A stretch of DNA of 64,000 nucleotides from Squalus acanthias (Eukaryota), in contig CM059429.1 of assembly GCA_030390025.1 (NCBI GenBank), positions 139,934,001-139,998,000 on the forward strand, given 5' to 3'. The notes below the pieces were generated by a model. It saw only the letters and a program-made list of their open reading frames with translations, did no database searches and had not been told where the DNA came from. Of this stretch, positions 1 through 13,224 are shown piece after piece. A program made the position numbers and the translations under genes. Position 1 is the first letter of the stretch, and each line of letters begins with the position of its first letter.

Positions 1-305
1 CATCCTCCTCCAACGCCTCTTCTCTATTGTCCAGCTGGGTGGGACTGCACTCACCTGGTTCCATCATTACCTCTGGAGTCCCCCAAGGATCTATCCTTAG
101 TCCCCTTCTATTTCTGATCTACATGCTGCCCCTCACCAACATCATCCGAAAGCACAACATCAGGTTCCACATGTGCGCTGATGATACCCAGCTCTATTTC
201 ACCACCACCTCTCTCGAACCCACCACTGCCTCTGATTTGTCATGCCGCTTGTCGAACATCCAGTATTGGATGAGCAGAAATTTCTCCAATTAAGTATTGG
301 GAAGA
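1..305 (+). mobile_element. L2-clade LINE fragment (reverse transcriptase core)
   Basis: ORF 27..293 reads [21 protein letters not shown]...[11 protein letters not shown] (degenerate YADD box). Homologous to the L2 copies at 1636 and 3998. Confidence 0.9.
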
Positions 306-485
306 CAAATTTACCAGAATTTTTGAATTCAATTTTCCAACTTGCTAACAGAGCCCTAGGTAAGCAGAAACGATTTGAAATGTGTTAAGGGTGAGTGTTA
401 TTAGGAGCACTGTGTGGGGGGCTGGGTGGAGGTGCACTGACTGCTTAAGAAAAAGAATCCCTCCCCTTCTAAAGGCAGTTTGAAC

Positions 486-590
486 AAATTCTGGTAAATT
501 TGTCTTCCCAATTTCCCAATTGGAGGAAATTTCTGCTCATCCAATACTGGATGTTGGACAAGCAGCGTGACAAATCAGAGGCAGTGGTGG
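486..590 (-). repeat. Inverted duplicate of 220-322 (L2 piece plus its flank)
   Basis: Reverse complement reads ccaccactgcctctgatttgtca...gggaagacaaatttaccagaattt, matching 220-322. Confidence 0.85.
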
Positions 591-1635
591 CATCAAATTC
601 TGTCTGAAAATCAGTAACCTTAAAAAAAATTAATGTATTGATTGAGGTTAATGTTTCCGAGAAACCCTTCACAATATCTACACTAAGTTTTGACCGTTCC
701 GGGAACAAACAATAACGCTTTTATTTTATCACCCATGAATGCAATTTTGAAACTTGGCGCAAAACACCAGGCAGAAAAAATAGAACATTTCTCGTTTCTA
801 TTCAAACGTCTGAAAGGTGTCCTGGAGACCTCTGCCTGGTCTGGCAGTTTTCACCTAGTCTTTGTATTAATAACGTAGACTTTCCCAATGCGGAGACTCA
901 TTTTAGCCCAACAATTCCCCGTCTCTCTGCTCTTACATGGTTCATTTCAGAGCCAGTGAAATCCACGGTCTTAAAAATGATCAATGAAACGTTTGGCTGA
1001 AAAACGATTGTAATGTAAACGGGCTGGAGAACTGATAGATGCTGCATAGCTCCAGGGAGATGGTGAGACCCAGATGGCCCGAGTGTTGTAACATCGCAGT
1101 GCCGCCGAAAGACTGGGTGAAAATAAATCTAGCGTTGGTTTTGATACACGGCTCAAACACGGCTCGGTGAAATCTAGAGGCGGCGAGATTCCTGTTATAT
1201 CCGAAAGTAATTGAATTAAATCATCAGTCCGATTATTTCCCACCAAAAGTGTGTTTCATCGAATCCTGTGGGTCCGACCAGAAACTCTTCAATCTTATGA
1301 TACTATCAGCAATAAGGATCCCAACATTGGGTAAACGTACTTCTAAACTATTCGGAGGAGTGTGTTATTTAAAGGTAACGATACAAAGCGAGATGATATT
1401 TAGGGCATGGGTGGATTTTATCAATACCAATGCCTGCTTGTTCTTCTAAAATCGAATATTTATTTCAAGAAACGTAAACAGGAGAGATTCTCGGCAGAAA
1501 GTTAAAGATACATAATCTGTTAAAGAACGATAATAACATCCCTCACCAGTAAATAGCCTTTCCGCTCTCCTGTGTAATATATGGAAGAAAAGTTGTAGTT
1601 TTATTATTCAGCACAGTGACCGGAGAGCCGAGCAG

Positions 1636-2732
1636 ACAACAACAACTTACATTTATATCACGCCTTTAACGTAATAAAACGTCCCAAGGCGCTTCACAAG
1701 AGTGTTATCAAAAAATACTGAACCTGAGTCATATAAAGAGACGGTAGGGCAGATGACCAAAAGCTTGGCCGAAGAGGTGGGTTATAAGGAGCATCTTAAA
1801 GGAGGAAAGAGAAGTGCAGAGGTGGAGAGATTTCAGGAGGGAATTCCAGAGCTTAGGACCAAGGCAGCTGAAGGCACCATCCCCAATAGTGGAGTGTTTA
1901 AAATCGGGGATGTTCAAAAGGCCAAAATAGGCTGAGCGCAGAGGTCTAGGGGGGTTATAGGGCTGGAGGAGATTACAGAGATAGGGAGGGGCAAGGCCAT
2001 GGAGGGATTTGAAAACAAGGATGAGAATTTTAAAATCGAGGCGCTGCTTAACTGGGAGCCAATGTAGGTCAGCGAGCACAGGGGTGATGAGTGAACGGGA
2101 CTTGGTGCGAGTTGGCACGGGACGGCAGAGTTTTGGATGACCTCAAGTTTATGGCAGGTAGAACTAGGGAGGCCGTCCAAGAATGCATTGGAATAGTCAA
2201 GTCTAGAGGTGACAAAGGCATGGATGAGGGTTTCAGCAGCAGATACATTGAGGTAAGGGTGGAGATGGGCAAGATTACGAAGGTGGAAATGGGCAGTCTT
2301 AGTGTTAGAATGGATATGAGGTAGGAAACTCAATTCGTGATCATACATGACACCAAGGTTGCGAACAGACTTGGTCAGTCTTAGACAGTTGCCGGGGAGA
2401 GAGATCGAATCAGTGGAAAGGGAATGGAGTTTGTGGCGTGAACTGAAGACAATGGTTTCGGTCTTCCCGATATTTAATTGGAAGAAATTTCTACTCATCC
2501 AGTGCTGGATGTCGGACAAGCAGTCTGATAGTATAGAGACGGTGGAAGGTTCGAGAGAGGTGGAGGAAAGGTAGAGCTGGGTATCATCGGCGTATGTGTG
2601 AAAACTCACATTGTGTTGCCGGATGATGTCAACGAGGGGCAGCATGTAGATGAGAAATAGGAGTGGGCCAAGCATAGATCCTTGGGGGACACCAGAGGCG
2701 ACAGTGCAGGACTGGGAAGAGAAGCCATTGCA
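1636..2732 (-). mobile_element. 5'-truncated L2 LINE (RT C-terminal half, 3' UTR, (GTT)n tail)
   Basis: ORF 1914..2816 contains GVPQGSMLGP, YADDTQLY, LNIGKTE and LIHAFVTSRLDYSN. ORF 1729..2118 contains LHWLPVKQRLDFKIL. Tail seen as acaacaacaac at 1636. Confidence 0.95.
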
Positions 2733-2776
2733 AGACGAGGACAATGTACCAGTTGTATGGACTATTTGTACTGTTT

Positions 2777-2855
2777 GAAAGAAAGACTTGCATTTATATA
2801 GCACCTTTACAGCCAATGTAGTACTTTTGAATTGTAGTCACTGTTATAATGTAGG
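2777..2855 (-). mobile_element. 3' tail fragment of DeuSINE (SacSINE1-like)
   Basis: gaaagaaagacttgcatttatatagcacc...gtagtcactgttataatgtagg matches the 3' end of the full copy at 6590-7058. Confidence 0.75.
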
Positions 2856-3997
2856 TTAGAGACTTCTGTAGATCTCAAAAAATGACAGCAATATTGGGTA
2901 TAGTTATAAAACATTGGTATAAATATACTCAGATCCTGGGTCATTTTAAACCATTTGCTTAATAGTTAATTTCAAAGGCCTTGCTTGCTACATTGACTAT
3001 TAGAACAAATTAGCAAAACAAAACAACCATTCAACCGCATCGCTCTACCAGATTGATAAGGGAAATGTTTAGATTCTATGAAGCATTGCACGCCGGGAAA
3101 TGCGGTTAATAGTCATATAACTAACCTGGAATGAAAAATATCGATCCTTCAAAACGATAGCACTAATAGATGTACATTTATTATAACATTCAATTTGACA
3201 AATTAAACAACACTGAAATGGATTAGATTCAATAGAAATATCTAACGTCATCAGTATTTTAGTAGCCATCTAAAACCTTCCACCATTTCTGTATTATTTT
3301 CTAGATCCCAATAATAGCTCATAAAACAGAAGGCGGCATTCCTACACCCTGTTTAGTTAAAAAACAGAAAAATTGGGCAGATTATAAAATTCACGGTAAA
3401 CTGATCAGGGCAAAGATCCAAGACTGTTCGCAGGCCTTTGCCCTTGTACGGGCCCGGTACACTGAGTGTACTTGAACAGTATTAAAGGGTAGCTGCTGTT
3501 CATGTACATGTATTGGAGTCCTCGCCTTGTGTGTAGGGCAAGCCTTGCGAGTGCAGAGTGTCCGCTTGGAGTCACGGGTTTGGTAGGTCACTTCGTGTCT
3601 ATCCTCTATGTTATTGCCTGTTAGTGAATTACTACATCGATTTTCAGATTGCAATGGCTATTCAGAATCATTTAAAAAATTACATTAAATACATTTTACG
3701 GAGCTATGTTCTGATGTTAGAAGATGCTGGTAACTTGTATTTACTATTCAAACCCCATGCGGATGTGAGGGAAGGCTACTATATAGAAAGATTCTGAAAA
3801 ATATCCTAGTTTGCTCATGTCGATTTATTCCGATTCATTGAATCCTGAATAGATTCACCATACAATATATATGTACCAGTGTCCGATTAAGATGAATTAG
3901 AGTTACATTGAAGACTTTTAGTTCAAGGGTACAGTTATACTGACACGTTTACTTCACTGCAAAGTGGAAAAGATGACGTAAAAGTGATAGCATAAAT

Positions 3998-5938
3998 CAA
4001 CAACAACAACAACAACTTGTATTTATATAGCGCCTTTAACGTAGTAAAACGTCCCAAGGCGCTTCACAGGAGTATTAAAAGGCAAAAGATTTGACACCGA
4101 GCCACATAAGGAGAAATTATGGCAGGTGACCAAAAGCTTGGTCAAAGAGGTAGGTATTAAGGAGCGTCTTAAAGGAGGAAAGAGAGGTAGAGAGGCGGAA
4201 AGGTTTAGGCAGGGAATTCCTGAGCTTAGCGCCTTGGCAACAGAAGGCATGGCTACCAATGGTTGAGCGATTATAATCAGGGATGCTCAAGAGGGCAGAA
4301 TTAGAGGAGCACAGATATCTGGGGCGGGCGAGGGGGGAGGTGGGGCTGAAGGAGATTACAGAGATAGGGAAGGGCGAGGCCATGGAGGGATTTGACAACA
4401 AGGATGAGAATTTTGAAATCGAGGCATTGCTTAATCCGGAGCCAATGTAGGTCAGCAAGCACAGGGGTGATGGGTGAATGGGACTTGGTGCAAGTTAGGA
4501 CATGGGCAGCCGAGTTTTGGATCACCTCAAGTTTACATAGGGTAGAATGTGGGAGGCCAGCCTGGAATGCGTTGGAATAGTCAAGTCTAGAGGTAATAAA
4601 GGCATGGATAAGGGTTTCAGCAGCGGATGAGCTGAGGCAAGGGCGGAGACGGGAGATATTACGGAGGTGGAAATAGGCGGTCTTTGTTCTGCTGCGGATA
4701 TGTGGTCGGAAGCTCATTTCAGGGTCAAATATGACACCAAGGTTGCAAACAGTGTGGTTCAGCCTCAGACAGATGTTAGGGAGAGGGATGAAGTCAGTTG
4801 CTAGGGAACGGAGTTTGTGGCAGGGACCAAAAACAATGGCTTCAGTCTTCCCAATATTTAATTGGAGAAAATTTCTGCTCATCCAGAACTGGATGTGGGA
4901 CAAGCAGTCTGACAATTTAGAGACCGTGGAGGGGTCGAGAGAAGAGGTAGTGAGGTAGAGCTGGGTGTTGTCCGTGTGCATGTGGAAACTGATGCTGTGG
5001 TTTTGGATGATGTTGTCAAGGGGCAACATGTAGATGAGAAATAGGAGGGGGCCAAGGATAGATCCTTGGGGGACACCAGAGGTAACAATGCGGGAGCGGG
5101 AAGAGAAGCCGTTGCAGGTGATTCTCTGGCTATGATTAGATAGATAAGAATGGAACCAGGCAAGGGTAGTCCCACCCAGTTGGACGACGGTGGAGAGGCG
5201 TTGGAGAAGGATGGAGTGGTCAACTGTGTTAAAGGCTGCAGACAAGTCAAGAAGGACGAGGAGCGACAGTTTACCTTTGTCACAGTCACAAAGGATGATT
5301 TGTGACTTTAATGAGAGCCGTTTCAGTACTGTGGCAAGGGCGGAAACCTGATTGGAGGGATTCAAACATGGAATAGCGGGAAAGATGGGTACGGATTTGG
5401 GAGGTGACAACATGTTCAAGGACTTTGGAGAGGAAAGGGAGGTTGGAGATGGGGCGGTAGTTTGCAAGGACGGAGGGGGTCAAGGGTTGGTTTTTTGAGG
5501 AGAGGGGTGATGATGGCAGATTTGAGGGAGAGGGGGACAGTACCTGAGGAGAGAGAACCGTTAACAATATCAGCTAACATGGGAGCCAGAAAAGGAAGTT
5601 GGGTGGTCAGCAGTTTGGTGGGAATAGGGTCAAGGGAGCAGGAGGTGGGTCTCATGGACAAGATGAGCGCGGAAAGGTCATGAGGGGAGATTGGAGAGAA
5701 ACTGGAGAAAGATGTGAGTTCAGGGCTAGGGCAGGGGGGAGCCTTAGAGGAAGTTTAGCCTGGTGGGCTAGGGGAAAGAAGGGAAGTGGCAGAGACAGCT
5801 GAAGGGATGGTCTCAATCTTAGAGACAAAGAAGTCCATGAGCTCCTCACACTTATTGTCGGAGGTGAGGATGGAGGAGACAGGGGAGAGGGATTTAAGAA
5901 GATGGTTAGCAGTAGAGAATAGAAGCCGGGGTTTATCT
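3998..5938 (-). mobile_element. 5'-truncated, frameshifted L2 LINE (~1.9 kb, RT domain)
   Basis: Overlapping ORFs give SCSLDPIPTKLL, NYRPISNLPFLSKVLE, QSGFRPCHSTETAL, LLDLSAAFNTVDH and [10 protein letters not shown]. The YADD box has decayed to HTDN. (caa)n tail at 3998-4016. Confidence 0.95.
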
Positions 5939-6589
5939 TAGATCTTGATCTGACTCTGGAATACAGTTGGAGTATAACTCCAGCATATTGTCAGGTGCTT
6001 AGGCCTCCTGGACCCTTTATAAACTTAACAGAGGTTCGTTTAAATATTTACAGGAAACGGGCGTAAGACTGGAGCTCCCTACTGGCTGTTAGAAGGTGAT
6101 TGACAGTCTGCAGCATAACTCTGGCGCTGGCAGCTGCAAATCAAGCTCTGCAGATACGAGTCTCCCACCAGCTCAGTAGTGCACGATTGCAGTATAACAA
6201 GTGCACAACACACACATTCACAGAGTTATGTTTCAATTTCACACACTTCTGACCATGGTACTGGGAAAAATACAACTTAAATGTGTTATCACTGATTTCC
6301 TGCATCATATGTACAACAAGCAAGTAAGGTTTAGAAGGAGGATTTATGATTGTTATCAGTTCTATTTAATGACCTGTTATATCATCATTGGTTTAGCCAA
6401 TGGTCCCGCTGTAGGCTGGCATTAGAGAGGCTTGGCTTGACCTGTAATTCCACACTGAACACTGATTAATCTTATGTTTGATAGATTGATAGAGGTCAAT
6501 AGTAGAAATATGAAACCATATATATAATTCTAACTGCCTGGACCCAAATAAGGTTGGAATTTACTCTAATTTTCTCTAGGAATCAGAAG

Positions 6590-7058
6590 GAAAGAAAGAA
6601 AGAAAGACTTGCATTGATATAGCATCTTTCACGACCTCAGGACATCCCAAAGCGCTTTACAGTCAATGAAGTACTTTTGAAGTGGAGTCACTGTTGTAAT
6701 GTAGGAAACACGGCAGCCAATTTGAACATAACAAGCTCCCACAAACAGCAATGTGATAATGACCAGATAATCTGTTTTTGTTATGTTGGTTGAGGGATAA
6801 ATATTGGCCAGGACACTGGGGATAACTCCCTGCTCTTCTTCGAAATGGTGCCATGGGAACTTTTACGTCCACCTGAGAGAGCAGACGGGCCTCGGTTTAA
6901 CGTCTCATCCAAAAGACGGCACCTCCGACAGAGCAGCACTCCCTCAGTACCGTACTTGTGTGTCAGCCTAGATTTTTGTGCTCAAGTAGAGTGGGATCTG
7001 AACCCACAACCGTCTGACTCAGAGGCGAGAGTGCTACCCACTGAGCCACAGCTGACAC
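6590..7058 (-). mobile_element. Full-length tRNA-derived DeuSINE (SacSINE1-like)
   Basis: Minus-strand head gtgtcagctgtggctcagtgggtagcactctcgcctctgagtcag (A box) and ggttcagatccc (B box). Deu-like core ggatgagacgttaaaccgaggccc. L2-like tail ending aatgcaagtctttctt. Confidence 0.85.
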
Positions 7059-8124
7059 ATAAGCCACAATGAGAGCAGGTTTCCGTGTGAAATGTTATGA
7101 ATTCTTATATTATATTGGAACCTTGTACTCATAGTTTACCATATGGAATTTCTCTATTCTCTAGTCTGCATTCTCAGAAAGATTTAAACAGTTTAAACTA
7201 GAGCTGAATTTGCTTAGAGACTTAAAAGAGATAGTTGGATAATATAGCCATATAATTCAAGGAGGGATATAATAAATAGATAATTTTGCAGTTCTAAAGC
7301 GAATTAGAATGAATTAAAGGGAGGGTAACTCCTTCAGATAATTATTATCAATGATATTCACAGGGTAGCTCACCGGTTTTAGTTTTTTTTAACTAACATT
7401 TTAGTTTTTAATTTTTAAAATATTCCTATTTACACAACTCCTCTGTGAGCTCTATATAACCATTTGAGGCAATACAATGGTGGTAATCATCCTTTGCAGA
7501 CTTGCTGCATTATTCTAACAGGCCCACTCACTTTAAAATTTGTATCTAGGACCCCATTAAAGAGCCTTGTAAAGTGGACTATTTAAATCTGAGAATCTAA
7601 GTAATCTCTTATCATTGGTCATACCTACCTTGTTCCACTAAGAGCCTGGTATATATAATATAAAGGATAGTGTACAGATGGCAGTGTTACAAGTTTGATC
7701 ATGGGATCCAATGTGCAAAAGTGATGCTCGAGAGATTTATGAATCTCAAAAGTAGTTCAAGAGTGTCTTAAACAGATTGGCAGCTATCTATTATTATTTA
7801 TGGAGTAGAGAATTTTGATTAAAAAATACTCTATTTTTCTTTTTTTTAATTGTTATAAAATGAATGTGCAGAGGCGAAAGGCTGAAGAGTCTCAGTTATA
7901 TTGCTGCTTTGCATCACTATGAAGCCGTTTCTGCTTCAAAGTGACACAAAAGTGATAGTGTAACTTAGACCTACCTATGGTGAGTAGCAGTCTGAGATCC
8001 TCTGGGAGGAGACCACCTCATACTGCTAGGACTACAAACTGAAGTCAAGTGTAGTGTCAAGCCTAGTTAAAAAAAGTGCTCAGGGTTCCGGTGGACCTGC
8101 TGGACACTTTTGTCTTTGCTCTTT

Positions 8125-8420
8125 GAAAATTGGTGATACTGGCAAGGCAGAATTTATTGCTCATCCCTTGTTGCCTTGAGGGCATTAAGAGTCAACTATG
8201 TAGTGTGGGACTGGAGTCACATGTAGCCCAGACCAAGTAGGAATGAAAAATTCCCTTCCCTGGCAGACATTAGTGAAGCAGTTAGGTTTTTGCAACAATC
8301 CAGCAGCTTACATGGTCAACTGATGGGCATAAATGACCAGATTTATTGAATTCAATGTTACATTTTACCATGGTGGGATAGGAACTCCCAAACTCTGGGT
8401 TATCTGTCCTCTACCATATC
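8125..8420 (-). mobile_element. Degenerate tRNA-derived SINE, same family as 12242-12658
   Basis: Reverse-complement similarity to 12242 and 45262 (ggactggagtcacatgtagcccagacc, gacattagtgaa...gttaggtttttgcaacaatcc). Confidence 0.7.
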
Positions 8421-9015
8421 ATACCCATTATAAACCAAAGCAGAACTTATTTCAATGACTTGAATGTGAGAACACTCCCACCTGTCTTCTCAATATATTT
8501 AACATTTTCTGGCCAAGAGCAGAAGTCTGCACATGTCTGTACGCACGTGTGCACAGAGATCTATCCTGCCTATCTCAAAACTATTCTGGCTGGCAGAATC
8601 AAATTTGTAGTCGGATGGTAGAAACAGGGAGCTGCTGGCTGCGAGTGGACATTGTATTTATTAATCTGAGATCATAGCTACAATATAAATTCTATATAAA
8701 TACAAGTTGTTGTTGTTAACTGCAGGTTAAGAGTGACACAGTACTGACATAGGACCAGGATGTATGTGGCAGAGCATGATAGGAGTGATAGACCAACTTG
8801 GGTTTGATTCTGGCAGTGGCTTATGAGAACATAACCTGCAATGCATTCTATTGTACAGAATAGTAATGGCATCAGGAAGCGAGTGACAATCAAAATTCAC
8901 AAGTTGATCTTGAGTAGTTTTTAATTGTCGGCTAAAGCCGATGTCATGAATTTATTACAGTGCATGTGCATATAAATTATTATAGTATAGATCTGTAGCA
9001 TCTTTGTTAGATTGT

Positions 9016-9347
9016 TAGGAATTCTTTCTGTTGTGGGAAGTGTCGGAGTATCTCAGCATGGTCTTGGAGAGTGCTCGTTTAAAATTTTTTCCCTTGGTTT
9101 AGCTGATCTACTGTGGGTAAAATGGAGCCCATATTGCTTAGCTGCTCGCCCAGTCTGCCCCTGTAAGACCACATGTCAGGTACTTCCTCTGGGGAAGTGG
9201 CCTAAGTAGTCCCGAAGGTCAGTTAGAGGCTAATTATTGTTGTTGTTGTAATTTTTTGTGAAACAGCAGCTGCTTGGCCCCTCTCCTTGTTATCCCAACA
9301 ACCGCTACAGGTTATCTCAAGATCGGAAAAACAGCAGAAAATTCCTA
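9016..9347. mobile_element. Putative MITE with imperfect terminal inverted repeats
   Basis: Left taggaattctttctgtt versus reverse complement of right end taggaattttctgctgtt. Confidence 0.45.
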
Positions 9348-10019
9348 GATTTCTTTTCCATTTGGTATACTTTTTTAAGATTGTTCATTTGTTCATATTT
9401 GATGCAAAATATGATGCCCAGAGTGTGAATTCTGGAGTACGAATTTAGAATAAAGACAGATACTCTCAAAACTTTTATATAAAATATAGACAGATATGAA
9501 GAAGAAACAGAGCGGCAGAGAGGGCAGAGCCCTGGAGAACTTTTGAATGAATGGAAAAGTCAGTGGATAAAATAATGGAAGAGGATCAGCGAAAGTAGTC
9601 CAGTACCTCACTACAGTGGTAGAAAATGTTCAAAATCTCATTAAGCATAGAGCTTCTGTGTGTAGTTTTTTTTCACAAATGGGTGGCTTCCATTGCATAA
9701 CTGCTGTGTTGACATCTGGCGTACTGTACCTTCAGCAAAGATCATCTACTTCTTTTCAATGACAGTAGCAAACACAGAAATCGGATTTTTTTAAGGATCA
9801 GTCAGGCTTCCAGCTCTTGGTGCACAGCGCACATGTGTGGATGTGAAGTAAAGACAGAACTGGGAATGGCTTAATGCCCTTCATCATTGAATAGCTAAGT
9901 AACACTGATATATTCAGAGTGGCTTGCCCCAGTGCTTCCCTTTAGTGAAAGTGTATGGTGTATGTCTTCTACTTCCTAACAGTGTGCCCTTTCTAAATGT
10001 TTTCCCAGTGACAAGAGGA

Positions 10020-11802
10020 AGTGAGGTCATTGGTTATTGTATGTCAGTGTTTGTCTGTAGGGATGAAGTTGGCCAATTACTTCTTGTGCTGTGTTAGTAG
10101 TTGGCCCTGCAACTACAGGCACTGTGGGTACTGAAGCAATGGCTGCCTGTGCCTATATTATATTTGATACTTTTATAGTTATTTGAGTGGGGCAACAGGG
10201 TATGATGTATGTGGTCCCATCCTGAGAAACATCTCCATCATCTTTGCCAGTTCCCGTCATTCACCTGAGGTTGGGCATTTCCTCAGAGATCTGTGTGAGA
10301 AAAGATTTGTGAGGTTGTTGAAGACACATGTTATGGCTGTCTCAACCTGATTCCCAAACATGGTGAAATTGGAATCCAAGGTCTGCAGAGCCTCACTCAC
10401 AGCATTCATTAAGGAACCTATGGCTGCACTAAGAAGATCAGGCAAAGGGGCTCTGCTGCAGAAGTAGTCACATTTTCCATGGGTGTTGCACAACTTTGTT
10501 ACATGGTGATATAACACTGCATGGATTCAAGTTGTGGACTCCTCAACAGATGCCTCAAACTGTAATGGTTTCTTGCTCACTCTCAAATAGCTACATTTGT
10601 CAGCTGCACAAGTCCTTGAGCTGGCCCTCCAGCCAGCAGGTTGAAGTTCCTCCAAATATACCTGTACTTTCTTTGTGCTATGCGCTTCACGAAGTACTCC
10701 CTGCTGGAACCACCATAGTGTGAATATATCTGGATATATTGCCATTGTAGGAGTGAGTTATGCGAAATGCTTAATTGAGGCTGCACACTGGATTCTGACA
10801 CTTTTTTGGGCACCTAGAGGAACAGAAGAAGAATATATTTTGGAATGCTGGCAGTAAGACATCCCCTGAAGCAGAGTTTTATGTGGCAAGACTTTGTAAT
10901 GTGTCTGTGTGGGAGGGAGTGAATAAATAAGGAGAGAAAGCATGAAATGCAAAGTATGATACTAGCCATGAGTTTGGGGATGGTCTGAAAACAATCCCTC
11001 CCATACTCTAGCTATTGCCAAAATATCCAGCATCTGCAATACCCTCTCCTAATAAGGAGTCAATGGCCGCAGCATCGGTGACCTCCTTCCTATCTGCCTT
11101 TACTGATGCCAAACAGGAACATGTGTTGTAAAAAGCAATATGAGAGATATGTGTGACCCAAGTGCCCAGACCAGCAGCCTCCTTATGTAAAGGTTTCAAC
11201 ATGCAGCTGCAGCAACCTTGTGGGCAGCGTGCTTGGTGTTTGTTACTTGCAACATTTCTTGGGCTACATCGTGCTGGCAGCAATGCAAAGTGACTTATTT
11301 TAACATGAGTATGCTTGTGCATTCGGAAAGCACATGAACTATATAGAGCTGTACATTGTACATTACAACAGTGACTTCAAAAATACATTTCAAAAATTGG
11401 CTGTAAAGCACTTTGGGATGTCCTGAGGTTGTGAAAGGCACTATATAATTGCAAGTCTTTCTTTTTTTATCTATAATGCTGCACCACAGTTACATTAGAG
11501 TGCTGTTATGATGCATTGTAAGACAACATTGTTAAATTATGCAAAGTGTGAGCAGACTTACCTTGGCAACCTTGAGTAGACCAGCACATTTATCCTTCCC
11601 CTGCTCCTAGATCTGAAACACAGGTGAGACCGAATTCACTCTACCTCTCACCTCTACCTAGGTTTCTTGGCAGTATCCTTGACTGTAGGGTGCCCTTCCA
11701 TTTCCAAAAGATTCACCCTTCTCTGTAGCACTTCCTGTAGGAGCACCTCCAAAGCTACATCTTGGAATGGCACTATTCTATCTCCGTGCCTTGCTTTGGC
11801 AT
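10020..11802 (-). pseudogene. Decayed Myb/SANT-like gene of a PIF/Harbinger transposon
   Basis: 11802->11562 translates, with frameshifts and stops, RIVPFQDVALEVLLQEVLQRRVNL...*VEVRGRVNSVSPVFQI*EQGKDK..LLKVAK, followed by the donor gtaagt. This fits the Myb_DNA-bind_5/MSANTD pattern. Coding-like helical segment at 10257-10517; the lower boundary is uncertain. Confidence 0.65.
11361..11466 (+). mobile_element. DeuSINE 3' tail fragment
   Basis: cattacaacagtgact...ggctgtaaagcactttgggatgtcctgaggttgtgaaaggcactatataattgcaagtctttc matches the tails of the 6590 and 19770 copies. Confidence 0.8.
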
Positions 11803-12241
11803 TTTGTTACTTTTGCGACTAGTTTCCTTTTAAGAGCTAGTATTGCAAATGACCCACCCACTCAGCCAGCAAACTCCCAACACTTAATGTGCTAAGTCCG
11901 AAAATGTGTTTAAATGAACTGACCTCACATTACAACACAACGACAGCTCAGTGGAGGACAGGTGGACTCAACGCATGGAGAGCAGCGGTTCCTGTACCAC
12001 TGCACCCTGATCACATCATCACCTCTAGATGTCAGCCTGTTCCATAACTCTAAACATGAAGAAGCTATTCCTTAAATTATATTCGACTTGCGACTTCTCT
12101 AGTCTTAAATGTTCTATTTTGGTCCATCAACCCGATTTTCACAATGCGCCTCTCTGCATCCACCTGATCAATTCTCCTCATGATCCTAAAAGTAAGATTA
12201 TCTTTCTATAGTTTTTTCTTCAGCGCGCATATCGCAATTCA

Positions 12242-12658
12242 GGTACAGTAGTGTCGTGGTTATGTTACTGGACTAGTAATCTAGGGGCCTGGACTAATAA
12301 TCCAGAGTACATGAGTGCAAATCCCACCAGGGCAGTTTGAGAATCTGAATTCAATTTTTAAAAATCTGACCATGAAGCTGTCAGATTGTTGTAAAAACCC
12401 AACTGATTCACTAATGTCCTTTAGGGAAGGAAAGCTGCTGTTCTTACCCAGTCTGAGCTGTATATGACTCCAGTCCTGCACCAATGTGGTTGACTTTTAA
12501 CTGCCCTCTGAAGTGGCCTAGCAAGTCATTCAGTTGCATCAAACCACTACCAGCGCTTCAAGAAGGCAGCCCACCATTATCTTATCAGGGCAACTAGGGG
12601 TCAGCAATAAATGCCAGTCTGGCCAGCGATGCCACATCCTGAGAATGAATTTTTTTTA
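12242..12658 (+). mobile_element. tRNA-derived SINE sharing its 3' tail with the LINE at 50995-52275
   Basis: Head ggtacagtagtgtcgtggttatgttactggactagtaat...gtgcaaatcccacc. Tail gcaataaatgccagtctggccagcgatgccacatcctgagaatgaattt. Confidence 0.8.
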
Positions 12659-13224
12659 ATCCTCCTTTCAAAGAGTAATGATCTAAAACCTGGAATCCGC
12701 TTTATTGCTCTTCAGATGGCTGAAAACGTCAACCTATCAGAAAACAATGGGCCTGAATGAAGATATTCACTATCCATATAACCAAAATGCTGCATCTCAA
12801 CTATCATCTACACTGGCTGCTTTGTCTATTCACCATCCGCCAGACAACAGGGTGGCAGTTAACTTTATCCCAGGCTTCTACCAAAGTTGCTCTGTGATTT
12901 GCCGCTGACAGATACTTGAGAACTACCCACACTGGCTTTTCCTTTCTTTCCTGTGGGGAATTGCTTCGTTTTCACACCTCCTCCAAACAGCTGAGCAAAT
13001 ATCCAGAAATCACAGGTGTGAACCAACTGCTCCACTGAACATTGATGCAACTCTGTGCTGGGTGGATTTATCTAAAGTGACATCTATACTTTTTAACAAT
13101 CTAGCCTGTTCATTTGTAAAAACAAAGTGAACTTAAATAGTAATATATGATTGCACTGGGATGCTAGTTCTCAATGAACAATCCACCTTCTGAAGTCTTC
13201 AAAATATCGTTCGATTAATTACTT

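Noticed and set aside
6985-7058. tRNA genes (also ~19770, 12242, 47433)
   Set aside because: These are tRNA-derived SINE heads that continue into SINE bodies.
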